DNA of 57,987 bases from a virus (taxonomy: Duplodnaviria; Caudoviricetes), in IMG/VR virus record IMGVR_UViG_3300032265_000041, positions 1-57,987 of that record; one strand, given 5' to 3'. Below, piece by piece: positions 40,701-48,322 of this stretch; within the stretch, counting starts at the first letter, position 1; every line of letters starts with the position of its first letter. The notes under the pieces were generated by a model. It made no database searches, was not told the origin of the DNA, and saw nothing but the letters and a program-made list of their open reading frames with translations. A program made the translations under genes and the position numbers.

Positions 40701-42104
40701 GGAACCTGTACCGACATCATAACTAAAAATCTTATTACCTGTAAAATTACTTAAATGATGCGTAATGTCACTATAGCTGTTTCCAGTATTGTCAAATAAA
40801 TCAAATAACGGTGCTTGATTTAGTATATCATGTTGTTGAGCATACTGCCATGTACCGTTATTAAACCACCAATTGGTCCTAGCATATTTCGTACCCGAAT
40901 TTATTCCTACGGTAACATCGCTAGTTATCTCGTTGGCTATCTTTAATGTTAAAGTTAAATTTCCATTTATTTTAATATAGTCAACTTGATAAATTTTATT
41001 ACGAACAGAAGGATCTATATCAGCTGTAAAGATAACCCGATTACCTTGCTCTAAAAGAACACCGTCGACATAATATCCAGCAGTACCAGCTACTTTACTA
41101 AATGCATCAGTTGTTATGTTGTCTATCAAATCAATATTGTTGATACCAAGTGATCCAAAATTAAACAATTTAATATCTGCATTAAATTCAATAATTGGAC
41201 GTTGTGCTCTTTTGTTAGCAGGATAAACTGGAAGACGATTATTAGCAGCGGCACTATCTGCAATTATGCTCGTGTGAACCCATCTATTATAACGCGACCA
41301 TGGGTTACCATCTCGACTTGCACGATTAATGGTTATATATTCCGGTACAATTGGTAAATTTCTAGAACTGTCAAACGGATAATCATCATACTCGTTAACT
41401 CCAAAACTATCGATAAAAGAACTTTTAATACTTTGAGACCCTAACAGTAATTCATAGCTGACTAGTTTAATACTGTTGCCAACTCCTTCTACAATAAACT
41501 CTTTTTCATAATAAGAGGAAGGAATAACTGTTCCTGTAAACCGTAGTTTCATGCCGTTTGATAGCGGCAATGCTAGATCGTATAATGATATTGTTCCAAT
41601 ATTCAATGTATAATTTTGCTTGCCTACTATGTTTGTTTCTATATTTCCTATAGAGGTAGTATCAACAACAATTGTTTCCGGCCCATTGACCATCCAATAG
41701 TATTCTGTATAGTTTACTAACTTATCCCAATCTATTCTAGGATCAAAGGAATACATCTCCGATCTAAACATTTTATCAAAGTTAGTATTTTGTCCGCCCT
41801 TGGTAGCAATTTCGTTAGTTAAATCGTCAATACCGATTACATCATTAACTGTACCTAATTGATCTTTAATTACTAGTGCAGGTTCTAATTGATAATTTCT
41901 ACGAAGTGGTAATGACTCTGCAATATAATTGTCAGTTGAAGAAACATATGTGGGAGTTAATTTAGATCCAATGTACCCATCAATGCGTTCTAGTTGAGGA
42001 GGTTGTATTAGTTGATCAATAGTGCTAGATAAGAATTTTGCATTCTTATCTGTTCTAAATATTTCAGGTAGTAGATTGATAGACTTGATAACTTTATTTG
42101 CCAT
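28773..42104 (-). CDS. Giant virion structural protein (probable baseplate wedge gp7-like) with FG-GAP propeller repeats
   Basis: 4443-aa uninterrupted ORF directly downstream of gp6, as gp7 is in T4; repeated FG.S...VGAP motifs. Confidence 0.7.
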   Translation of the reverse strand: MANKVIKSINLLPEIFRTDKNAKFLSSTIDQLIQPPQLERIDGYIGSKLTPTYVSSTDNYIAESLPLRRNYQLEPALVIKDQLGTVNDVIGIDDLTNEIATKGGQNTNFDKMFRSEMYSFDPRIDWDKLVNYTEYYWMVNGPETIVVDTTSIGNIETNIVGKQNYTLNIGTISLYDLALPLSNGMKLRFTGTVIPSSYYEKEFIVEGVGNSIKLVSYELLLGSQSIKSSFIDSFGVNEYDDYPFDSSRNLPIVPEYITINRASRDGNPWSRYNRWVHTSIIADSAAANNRLPVYPANKRAQRPIIEFNADIKLFNFGSLGINNIDLIDNITTDAFSKVAGTAGYYVDGVLLEQGNRVIFTADIDPSVRNKIYQVDYIKINGNLTLTLKIANEITSDVTVGINSGTKYARTNWWFNNGTWQYAQQHDILNQAPLFDLFDNTGNSYSDITHHLSNFTGNKIFSYDVGTGSNDPVLGFPLKYKNSSGVGSFLFKNYFMADTIEIAQSNNSVNTISTGDTYFKFVNDGTYGNVWITSAPYQIPIIQSLTVTESTTSTIVIDVIDLPATDSLKIEVFVNNVFTSNYEFPPHLGKIYFNNPSLTIDDNVLINIYTNRTANDNGYYELPLSLTNNPLNGPITSLTLSELSDHLHTAIIKSPKFIGKYPGVSNLRDISNIAYYGNRLVSNANPLAFANFFIGKKEHSVIDALTKSADQYNQFKLSFLKKISEIDTQTDPVGSLDRALKEINADKDLLSPYYLSDMIAYGTDKTTRTWTITDSRNTVYPIVSDFSLTTLSLRSIIVYLNGEQILRDRDYKFVTNDSSIQILKSLTTGDILVVDDYYSTEGSFVPATPTKLGLFPKFIPSLFEDNTYLTPVNVIQGHDGSIMLAYNDYRDAIIIEFEKRVYNNIKAEYRPELIDVNSIIPSAFRTTDYSVTEINSILQGEFIKWSGFYGIDYTTNNSFNDANPFTWNYTGSYNAARSTYVPGYWRGVFKYFYDTDRPHTHPWEMLGFTEEPTWWSAEYGDAPYLSTNTQLWTDLSNGFNRHNNSSNPVYARPGLLSMLPVNTAGNLVTPSVRLVNNITAYNKRQGWKFGDQGPAETAWRRSSYWPFVVQKLLALTKPAVYASLMYDPSRIIKNAAGQWTYGTAGEFLNITAVNIHDDANKTQTSGYSVYISEIGQQRSTKYVDQLRQDLIYIDFNLFYKVGGFVSKDKLQIVIDAYEPNSTSPGALLPQEDYNLILNTSNPVKSASISGLVVQKINDKYAVQGYDTVNPYFNVYTPIRNSNTPTITVGGVSAPYVIWSSGSSAGATNLSAADTTTAVSATTGKFYQVGQFVSYGNNFYRVTVSHQSSSVFNVSYFQILPSLPITGGAVVQTAIKFETEVTQIPYKTEFSTIQEVYDLIIGYGEWLTDQGFIFDDYNTELNSAINWSFSAKEFLYWTTQNWANQSVITLSPFAEKIKYNFINTVVDNIFDSFYEYSLLKADGISFPQNNISVNRDNGICTIETVNSTDGIYFATIHSVQKEHAMVFNNATVFKDVIYDIETGYRQRRMKLTGFRTANWNGDYFSPGFVYDSAQITDWAQYTDYKYGDIVRFNSQYYSAIKNVVGSVKFDFILWTKLGEKPVAGLLPNFDYKINQFEDFYSSDIDNFDSAQQKMAQHLTGYTPRVYLNNIFTNPIAQYKFYQGFIKEKGTRNAITKLAKASLHNLQGRLDYSEEWAFRIGHYGSYETYQELEVPLAEGRFIENPQIIKFVDSKPIIANDLIYYSTSSDRIIVPEDYTPASTFSVETDIDFEFKLVTAGYVRLDDVTATAYNENSLLDIANNNNINEGDTIWIGFKPNGGWDVVRYVRSDVGVTGVFVSSPTAEITFITNINHNLSVGDIVSVSQFNTQINGVYRVTGVPLKTRFTVASTLASITNAELPEPGALFKFTSARVSNYDSFPSDTELLNLPDNTKFWINDTVDRSKAGNKYLPETWAVYEKVNNYSSIATSVSTNHEQFGYSISKRKGNDIFVIGSPAYNDGSIFGKVAVYKKIDKESQGLFSYFLNDDVTPYYDITTPATEFGSCVVYDDITFTNTNYGLIFVGAPGVSHVYNPGTTTPSSLIQQGIVKISSVDISILEASTKAVVRAPDATNFQRFGSSIYVQRNTSTKLLLVGAPGTLTTGTGTVYSFNVNATTSTVRVNYVKKITTSTVSTSSQWGYSIGGSDNAGVIAIGAPGYSDGIGLVSIFTGTNVTFLQTIISPFFTLTTRTGRFGEKVTVSGDGSYLAISAPTYVNEDLSIGAVAIYTATSGLFVLDAILSNPISGDGMKFGHDVDISTDNNTLIISAIGDNKSLHTTFDKTKSTSESTFDAKSTTFYGVIKNIGTVYVYHKRHTRYVLADDLETEVIVEGSYYGTSIAVDDDVIYVGAPAKSSNATTNAVYQFNKIDKSVFGYNVLREQDSLIMTNAIQKVTLINSFTEEVVDYLDIIDPLKGKIAGLADQELKYKSAFDPAVYSIGIAGTVNDTDTNWLHEHVGELWWDLSTVKYQWYEQSDLSYRKNNWGKLFPGATIDVYEWVGSSYLPSEWSSIADTAAGLTEGISGQPKFADNSVISVKQVYSSVTNSFSNRYYYWVKNKITVPDSTNRRTNAYQVASMIADPTVYGLKYAAILDSDSVALANVGSMLVGDRIHLNIASDSTNKNNPATSTLRHTEWLLLQEGSAISRPNALLEKKLLDSLLGHDKLGNSVPDPKLTSRTRYGIGIRPQQTLFKDRLEALRNLVEFTNNILIKNRISGNYDFINLNKQDTIPSPYTHEYDQTVEDNEGLLVINTRLFELPKLTCTIDNGRIRSVQIISSGFGYKISPTVKIVNDVESDALITTEIDSMGRVISATIVNAGSGFTVAPTLLVRQYTVIVIADTQFNGKWSKFVYDLSTDQWTRTGTQQYNTPLYWKYVDWSSTDYNPFLDYVATVDDVYQVNELTLTNGQYVKVKNGGLGNYIILEKTAIDGSFSNDYNIVYSENGTIQILDTIWNLSASTYGFDQRSTFDQTLFDQTPDIELQYILAALRDNIFVNDLKINWNLFFFKAVKYALSEQKLLDWAFKTSFITVVNYAGTLDQRPVYKISSSDYYEQYLAEVKPYHTTVRSFTANHTVIEPTQTFTSDFDLPSVYNKSTGMFEQSSQLTSYPWKAWADNYKYTIGSISISNPGSEYTSAPAVQITHADGDVGTTATAVAYIGSGEVTSIKIANPGSGYTKSPIITLVGGTLGTNGTAYANLINGKVRTNLIGMKFDRISDTNQIGDTIVVDRFICNGYTNEFVLNWVAEKDKFKIDVYVDGRVAMSSDYSIQYYTSEYNGYEKKFSKLIFLNYIPTDSQLLEVSYHKSVELFNATERILNYYTATSSMPGMDLGQLMTGIDYPKTQIEGLPFGSTLAWMQGSDLNPFDTFAYADNIGYYTKAKVAATAVMGDNIVILNTTTGITVGQHANIISTTTNGFNTSTVIVTEVHTSTRAVAFNSTLSKALNPSDTTYQIEFWTYDENSNLLDSNISGGSWTGLTRNLALGINPEDIIIDGDGFYTANTSHAPEEFVPGQASDSIGINVYTKTFHGAPVVFTHSVDILPNVTTRRKLGIVPPSNNNITVSFDGRMFSISTDIPTVLDSPFFYIDWETNEIVVGPQSVSGYLGYTIISIGGGRSDTYTEIGVIDNAITTTVDVTATVVSLADFDSVKSVYVTVNGLAITTSSTIYYKFEPVDETSHRAAVKVFNLPDGFVNTAQAWFFGTFHDYFNEISEQVIVINTSTTSTSLTHSPGNIEPVVAETIVEHYDPITQVRKQLIPPHIDYYQVTSPTNNVFLINNQGTFNHYPPDQTIRVYRNGIKITAGFDFTVSGKVVTIDTSSVRLSIGDVIAIVDLPTGADKDYEYDIVGTTLNLSLSTSTGEIKVLTYNDADDMVIRTERFDGNPNRRFKISRPVTNINYVWVQLNGTPLTSGLDFGILDDQMTIQISDANPIVSTDSIVIRSMVDQRLATAVLGYRIFNDMFNRTHFKRLSKENTTQLTRALSFTDTEIYVDDSAALTPPLISKNIPGVVIIDGERIEFMKADKNVLRQLRRGTLGTSPGLYYIAGTKVIDQSPDQTIPFAETISTQVHYTTANTSTYIINLNTQTITIPNTTDVIVSDGIALQTAPLTSLPIRTVDQVQVFYGGRLLRKDGIFVHDTTLSYDSPDTKNITIESTATVQDIPNTNIIGTSYIVTTTNQVWVYTGSVEPDAVNGYVYRGLNYLPPEFDITVILKKGPIVIRNDVTGNQPLIGSGFVIVENSYTTQIQPGWIMQTNNGNEYTVTSVGHNTMFNGWGIGFAAEITIAWPLSFYLPADQRLVLNIANGVDDRIKLTLVKKGFDRSTEWNGIALPLTDPNKTVSLMDSTTLPAKFLQERPAELPDKYYYGGDRIARSVNTLTTENGSPLLDENNNPLTSN

Positions 42105-42105
42105 A

Positions 42106-45100
42106 TTAACTGCCGGTTACAATTGATGTTGTGTTTAGTTGTGATGCAGTAATTGCATCAATAATTTCTATATCAAACACTGTTGCGCCACTAATAAAAA
42201 TCTCGTTAGTTAAACATGCTACTTCGTATAAACTTCCAAAATTATTTGATTTAGAAACTATTACAAAGTTTGTAATATCAGGTGTTAATAAATTCATCAC
42301 ATACGTTACTAACTCGCTAAAGTGGAATGATTGTCCAAAATCCCAATTAGATAGAGCAAAGAAATCATTAATAGCATATAAAATTCTAGTCTTTAACTCA
42401 TTATCACTAACTGGTCTAGATGAATTTTTTACTGCCTTAAATGTTGCTTGTAAATTAGAATCTGCCTTACTACCAAACAATACTTTATATTTTACAGATT
42501 GAAAAACAATTTCATCACTAATAGTTTTAATTGTTTCTAGCGACGACGAAAAGCTATTTTCTAGGCTTTGACTAGTAGGAGCAAGAGGAGCAGTACCGGA
42601 TCCAGTAGATAACCAATTCCTATAAGCTGTATCATATGCCGATGTTAACAAATATACATCTACAATATTACTCTTGCTAGGGTCAATTCTTCTGTCTTCA
42701 CCACTATTATGTACATAGTGGAATTTTAAATCACTACGACCAGGAAATGCAAAATAATTTGGTTCATATGTCCAGCTGTTATTCAATTTTACATAACTCT
42801 TTACTACATTTATAGATGGGTCATAAAAATAATATAAATCACCATCGCTAGGAGTACTGGAAGTTATTTTAACATCATCTTCTGCAGGGTATGATACAAT
42901 ATTGGTAGATGTTAATACATAGCGTAATCCATCTGATAGTTTATAAAAATAAACAAACTTGTCTAGATATCCAGTATTTGTGCTAGTGGTTAACGGATTA
43001 ACTAGATTATTAAATGTGTCAGGATCTGTAATCTGTCCTGTATTATTGTAATCGTAAAAACTTACTTTAACTTTTTTAGGTTCTACATACCCGTCAGGCT
43101 CTACAACTGCATTGTCAATTTGCCATTGATAGTCTTTACGTATACTAACAGTAGATGTCGAAGCATTATCTATATTAATTGAAAGCACTGTAATAACATC
43201 TTTAACCACTGTATCATTAGTAAAATCATAATTAACTGCATTAGGATCAATAAAGAATGCCGTTTCTTTTTTACTTTCAAATATATAATCTGTAATTCTA
43301 TATCTTATTGAGTAATTTTTTCCTGTCCATACAAATGCAATCATCCAACTAGAGTCGTTACCTGCATTATCATAAGTTCCTTGTTTAGCTAAATCAAAAG
43401 GACTTACTAAATCTATATTAACATCAGAAATAATGCTCCAAGTCCGAGTTATTTTAGAAAAAGTTAATCCAAATGTCCGATGACCCATGCAAAGATTTAC
43501 TAATTCAGTTTCAAATTCATAAGAAAATATATTTACAAACTTAGGAATAATACTAACAGGAATGGCATCCCCGGGAATAATATTGTTTAAGATGATAGGT
43601 CCAGTACCATCATTTAATGTGCCAGCACCAAAATTAGATCCATCACCAATGACCTGCATAACAGTAGCCCACAAATAATCAACGGTAGTGGAATTTTTAG
43701 TAGGTGTAAGTTTTCCAGTTTCTGTAAAATAATATTGAACATTGTCCACTATCGGAGGAACAAATTTAATTAACGATCCTGGAGAAACATATTGTAAATT
43801 ATTAGAAGTAAAAATTCCAACGGTAATTGCAATATTAGAATTTTTAAAATAACCTCTAGATTGACCAGATGTTTTATTAACTTGTGTCCATGTTAATTCT
43901 AAATCTTGTAAATTGAGTTGACTATATTGATCGAGATAGAAGGACCGTAACTCAGTAGAAGCAACTACTGGTTCCAATTGTTGTTTAATTGCAGCGAATA
44001 TTTCATTGCGACTTGAGAATTCAAATTCAAAATTATTCTCTAGTGTCTTTTTATACACAATACCATCAGTTGCAAATATATTTGTCTTACTGTATTTGCC
44101 GCTAACATCACTTAGATCAAAATACTTACTTAGGCCACTAGATACTCTATTAATACTTTTAACTTTAAGGATATCACTACCCAGTGTTAATGGTGCGATA
44201 TTATAATCTTCAGCAGTAACCATTCTATTTTGCACATAGAAGGATTGTGGTGCTTTACTTTGTATGCTAGCATTAGATTCTGGACCGGAACTATTAGATA
44301 CTGTATATTGTAATCCCATAGTTAATGTTAATGTCTGACCTTGCCCATTCTTATTATAATAAGGAATATTAATAACAATGCCATTCATCTGTTCAGGCTT
44401 AATAGCATATGTAAGTCCATTACTCTGTCTATAGAATAATCTAAATTGACCTTTTGGTAAATTACCAAAACTACCATCAGCAAAATTCAAATCAATTTGG
44501 TCTTGATCTCTACTTGTAACACTGTAGATATTTCGTACATCATTATTCAAACTATTATAGATAACATTATTACCTACAACATCAGATACTTTAGTCCATA
44601 ATGTAGAATAAGAATTATTATTATCTAATTGCCATAACCATACATCTGTATCATTAATGTCGGCGGTATTAACTCCGACAATTTCGTTAGGAACAGGTGA
44701 GTCAATACTAAAATTTGATAAGTTTAACGACCCTTGACGGAAGTGAGCAAAGAATCCGGTGTTAATACTTCCCGATCCTTGATTATCATTTTTATAGATT
44801 AAACTAAACGTGCTATGGGGACGAGGTGCTTCTTCGTAAATTGATGTTTTTCCAGAGATTGTTGCAGGAACAATCTCAAAATTCATAGATGTGCCGTTGA
44901 TGTTTTTTAAGAAACTATAAACAGGAATATCGGTGTTAGAACTATTAACCCTATATTGTTCTGTTAAAATACCATCAATAGTTTTTCTATCGGCAGGCTT
45001 TCCAAATACTGCACTACCACTCATTGAAGAATTTAAAATTGTAATAAACTGTTGATACCAATTTGAATTAGTAGGATCATTCCATCCGATAGTAGTATTG

Positions 45101-45510
45101 GCTAAATTGACACCGTTACCGTCAATAACATTATCAGTTGTAGAAATACCTGTAACTTTTAAGAAACCATTAGCAGGTGAATTACGCTTAGGTACATAAC
45201 TGATTAATTGTGCTAACCGTAAGATACTGTCGCGGCGTTGTGCTGTTTCTAAAAAGTTTTCACGGGCATTTAAATCAATACGGAAACTTAGGTTCTGACC
45301 TAGATATGCAATAAGATCAATAAGAGCAACATATTCACTACTATCAATAAAATCATTAAAATCTTCTGGAAAGTTTTCCTGAAGATATTGAATCATTGTA
45401 CGGCGTAAGGTTTCAAAGTCGTAACTTTGAAAGTCGGCATTGCGGAAACTCTGATAGATCTTTTTCCAGTCTTCAGCCACTAGCAGTTTGTTATTTGTAG
45501 ATGGAATCAT
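42106..45510 (-). CDS. gp6: Baseplate wedge subunit (gp6-like)
   Basis: DFETLR, ENFLETAQRRDSILRLA, FADGSFGNLP and QNRMVTAEDY. Confidence 0.85.
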   Translation of the reverse strand: MIPSTNNKLLVAEDWKKIYQSFRNADFQSYDFETLRRTMIQYLQENFPEDFNDFIDSSEYVALIDLIAYLGQNLSFRIDLNARENFLETAQRRDSILRLAQLISYVPKRNSPANGFLKVTGISTTDNVIDGNGVNLANTTIGWNDPTNSNWYQQFITILNSSMSGSAVFGKPADRKTIDGILTEQYRVNSSNTDIPVYSFLKNINGTSMNFEIVPATISGKTSIYEEAPRPHSTFSLIYKNDNQGSGSINTGFFAHFRQGSLNLSNFSIDSPVPNEIVGVNTADINDTDVWLWQLDNNNSYSTLWTKVSDVVGNNVIYNSLNNDVRNIYSVTSRDQDQIDLNFADGSFGNLPKGQFRLFYRQSNGLTYAIKPEQMNGIVINIPYYNKNGQGQTLTLTMGLQYTVSNSSGPESNASIQSKAPQSFYVQNRMVTAEDYNIAPLTLGSDILKVKSINRVSSGLSKYFDLSDVSGKYSKTNIFATDGIVYKKTLENNFEFEFSSRNEIFAAIKQQLEPVVASTELRSFYLDQYSQLNLQDLELTWTQVNKTSGQSRGYFKNSNIAITVGIFTSNNLQYVSPGSLIKFVPPIVDNVQYYFTETGKLTPTKNSTTVDYLWATVMQVIGDGSNFGAGTLNDGTGPIILNNIIPGDAIPVSIIPKFVNIFSYEFETELVNLCMGHRTFGLTFSKITRTWSIISDVNIDLVSPFDLAKQGTYDNAGNDSSWMIAFVWTGKNYSIRYRITDYIFESKKETAFFIDPNAVNYDFTNDTVVKDVITVLSINIDNASTSTVSIRKDYQWQIDNAVVEPDGYVEPKKVKVSFYDYNNTGQITDPDTFNNLVNPLTTSTNTGYLDKFVYFYKLSDGLRYVLTSTNIVSYPAEDDVKITSSTPSDGDLYYFYDPSINVVKSYVKLNNSWTYEPNYFAFPGRSDLKFHYVHNSGEDRRIDPSKSNIVDVYLLTSAYDTAYRNWLSTGSGTAPLAPTSQSLENSFSSSLETIKTISDEIVFQSVKYKVLFGSKADSNLQATFKAVKNSSRPVSDNELKTRILYAINDFFALSNWDFGQSFHFSELVTYVMNLLTPDITNFVIVSKSNNFGSLYEVACLTNEIFISGATVFDIEIIDAITASQLNTTSIVTGS

Positions 45511-45558
45511 AATTTTATTGTTCTATACCGTATTTATTGTAATAATAAACTTAGTATA

Positions 45559-45996
45559 TTATTGTATCCTTAGGCCAATTGACTGGTCAAATGTTAACTT
45601 CATGTTAGCAGTTTGATCAGTTCCTTTCATTTGCAGAGTTAATTCTAATTGATAACCGTTAGGATATTCTGTTAAATCTATCTGCGTCGGAGTTACTCTG
45701 GGATCAAATGTACAGATACTATTAATATCTGCTGTCAAAGCATCTCGTACTTGATCAGTTAACGGTTCCATTAATAGATCCCAAATAATACTTCCAAATT
45801 TTGGATTCATCAATCTTTCACCTTTTTTAGTATTAAAATGATTTAATATATCCTGTTTGATTAATTCAAAATCATATAGACGAGTATTGGCAGTAGTGTT
45901 ATCAACCGAACTGAACCCTTTATAAAAGTGACTAAGTTTTGTTACCGTTGGTACAGCAATACCGGCATTATTAAGTTCAATTGTTTTGTAGGCCAT
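45559..45996 (-). CDS. gp25: Baseplate wedge subunit (gp25-like)
   Basis: IKQDILN.F.T.KGERLMNPKFGS.IWDLL.EP and DPRV. Confidence 0.9.
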   Translation of the reverse strand: MAYKTIELNNAGIAVPTVTKLSHFYKGFSSVDNTTANTRLYDFELIKQDILNHFNTKKGERLMNPKFGSIIWDLLMEPLTDQVRDALTADINSICTFDPRVTPTQIDLTEYPNGYQLELTLQMKGTDQTANMKLTFDQSIGLRIQ

Positions 45997-46003
45997 GATG
46001 TAT

Positions 46004-48322
46004 TTATTTTCCTAAAGATGAGCCGGTTTTGACAGGAGTTCCATCCGATGTTGTTAGAATAGTACCGCTACCTGTACCAACTACACCTCCAGATAATTGC
46101 GCCAAGAAGCATTCATAAAATCCTTTCTTAGTAGAATAGATATCAGGTGTACAGAAGCCAACTGAGTGAATAGCTTTTTCGACATACCCTGGGTCAGACT
46201 GGGGTGCTTTGCATCTATCTAACATATACAAAACACTAACTTGAGCGGCAACTTGCGGAGTGGCTAACAATTCGGGATTATCAACCAAGGCAGTTGCAGA
46301 ATTGACTAGTTTCTTATCAAATAACATCTTGCTGTATCGAGTATAGTTTGCACGGCCAGTTAATTGAATGTATCCTCGACCAACAAACTTTGCGCCATCC
46401 CCTGTTTCTGTATTACCTAGTCCTTTACCCTTACTAGTTGTGGAACCGTATAAGAATTCAGGAAGACTATTGTTAGGATTACCTGCATATTTGGCCGCTA
46501 GATCAGCATCCCCTTTGAATACACTAGGGAATACCTGTAGCAATCTAGCCGCAGTGTAATTAAAGTTTTCTGTTGTTAGTTTCCAGCGACATTCTCCACC
46601 TGCAATACCCAACAATGATGCAACAGCATTAGGTGTTGTTAATCCCAATTCTGCTGCGGCAGCTTTGATTGCAGCAATACCTGCTTGACTTGCACTATTA
46701 TTAATGTCTTTGGCAAATTTAGGATCGCAAGTTCCCGGAACAATTTGAGGAGTATTTGCTGGATCTTGAATACCTGTTGCAGGACTATCTGCTACACCAC
46801 TACTTGCACGACTTTGTAAACTTGCATCAGTTGCGGCGGAACTAAATTGTCTAGGATTAACGTTCTCATGTTGATCCCAAGGTTCATGTGTTGGAACACG
46901 TTGCATGATACTACTGATAGGATCTGCTTTAAAGAAGTTACCATTGGCCCACCCTGCTTCAAACTTTCTATTAGGTAATGAGAACAATGACAACATCGGA
47001 GGAGTCTCTGCTGTATCAGCCGGATCTGCTGCGGCTGCTGCTGGACCATTCATATGTATTAATGCCGCCGATTCATAATAGTTACCAGTAGCACCTACGT
47101 TAAAATTAGCACCGGTGCTTTGTTTCATATCACCTTCAGATGATAGACTCATTGTACCTGCGGAGGTTATCTTAGCATCCTTGCCAGTTAATAAATTTAA
47201 ATCATTTATAATCGTAAGATTGTGTGTATCACCTATTGTAGTATCTAAACTATTACGTATAGCAATCTTAGCATTATCATCAACAACTAGGAAATAATGT
47301 CCTGTAACGTTTGTTTCCATATTTTGCAAAGCACGTATATTGATATTACGTCCTGCTTCCATGTTAATATCCCTATCAGCACGGAAGTTAAAGTCTGCTT
47401 CAGTGTGAATACTTACGCTATCTTGTGCATAGATATCTAACTTGCCGGCACTGGTCATTTCAATCCATGCTGTGCCTTTACTATTAGCAATATAAATTAA
47501 ATCTTGTGTATTGTGTAATAAGATTTGATGACCAGTTCTTGTTCTAATTCTAACTAATTCATTTTGTCCATTAACATCGCCGTCGTCCATAACAAAAGTA
47601 CTACCGCCTAATCGACTGACTGGTGCTTGTGTATTGCCTTCGTACCCAATCTTTCCTCGTTTAGCGCCAGGACTAGTATCTAAAGGACCGGGTGTACTAA
47701 TACCAAATACGCCACTAGGTACTTCTCGTCTAGCACTAGAAGATGTCACTCCACGAACATTATCAATTAATAACCCCTGAGCCAATAATCTGTCAGCAAA
47801 TGGATGAACAGGTTTTGCAGTTCTATCAATATTAGGTGTATCTACTTTTAGACTAGACGAATGTAATTCAGCCACCGGCAAATAATCAGTGCCGTACTTT
47901 TGACGTTGTTCCGCAGTAACCGCAGTTTGTTTAGTGGCGGCAATCCCGGGTATCATGTGATTCTGGAATTCGGATGGTACACAACCTATCCAATAACCTT
48001 GGTTAGGATCTCCGTCAATGAAAATGACCATAACTTTAGTACCTACATCGGGTGGTACCATCCACATACCGTAAGACTTTTGTACATCATTAAAGTCACT
48101 GCTATTAGTTCCTTCGTACCTAACTGATGTCGATCCAGCAAATGGACTTAGATATCTAACAATGTAAGTGTCTGCTTGGATACCTATGTTAGATTTAATA
48201 CCTTTGAACAGAGCAACTTCTACACTACCCATGTAGGTAGGGTCTAATAGGTTAGTAACCTCGGCAATAAATGGACCAGGACTTGGTAATTTAGCGCGTG
48301 ATCTTGAATCAATACCCGACAT
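46004..48322 (-). CDS. gp5: Baseplate hub/spike protein (gp5-like) with C-terminal GH19 lysozyme/chitinase domain
   Basis: N-terminal OB-fold (DPTYMG, PPDVGTKVMVIF), beta-helix repeats, and GH19 motifs ENFNY and LGN...GDG.KFVGRGYIQLTGRANY. Confidence 0.8.
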   Translation of the reverse strand: MSGIDSRSRAKLPSPGPFIAEVTNLLDPTYMGSVEVALFKGIKSNIGIQADTYIVRYLSPFAGSTSVRYEGTNSSDFNDVQKSYGMWMVPPDVGTKVMVIFIDGDPNQGYWIGCVPSEFQNHMIPGIAATKQTAVTAEQRQKYGTDYLPVAELHSSSLKVDTPNIDRTAKPVHPFADRLLAQGLLIDNVRGVTSSSARREVPSGVFGISTPGPLDTSPGAKRGKIGYEGNTQAPVSRLGGSTFVMDDGDVNGQNELVRIRTRTGHQILLHNTQDLIYIANSKGTAWIEMTSAGKLDIYAQDSVSIHTEADFNFRADRDINMEAGRNINIRALQNMETNVTGHYFLVVDDNAKIAIRNSLDTTIGDTHNLTIINDLNLLTGKDAKITSAGTMSLSSEGDMKQSTGANFNVGATGNYYESAALIHMNGPAAAAADPADTAETPPMLSLFSLPNRKFEAGWANGNFFKADPISSIMQRVPTHEPWDQHENVNPRQFSSAATDASLQSRASSGVADSPATGIQDPANTPQIVPGTCDPKFAKDINNSASQAGIAAIKAAAAELGLTTPNAVASLLGIAGGECRWKLTTENFNYTAARLLQVFPSVFKGDADLAAKYAGNPNNSLPEFLYGSTTSKGKGLGNTETGDGAKFVGRGYIQLTGRANYTRYSKMLFDKKLVNSATALVDNPELLATPQVAAQVSVLYMLDRCKAPQSDPGYVEKAIHSVGFCTPDIYSTKKGFYECFLAQLSGGVVGTGSGTILTTSDGTPVKTGSSLGK

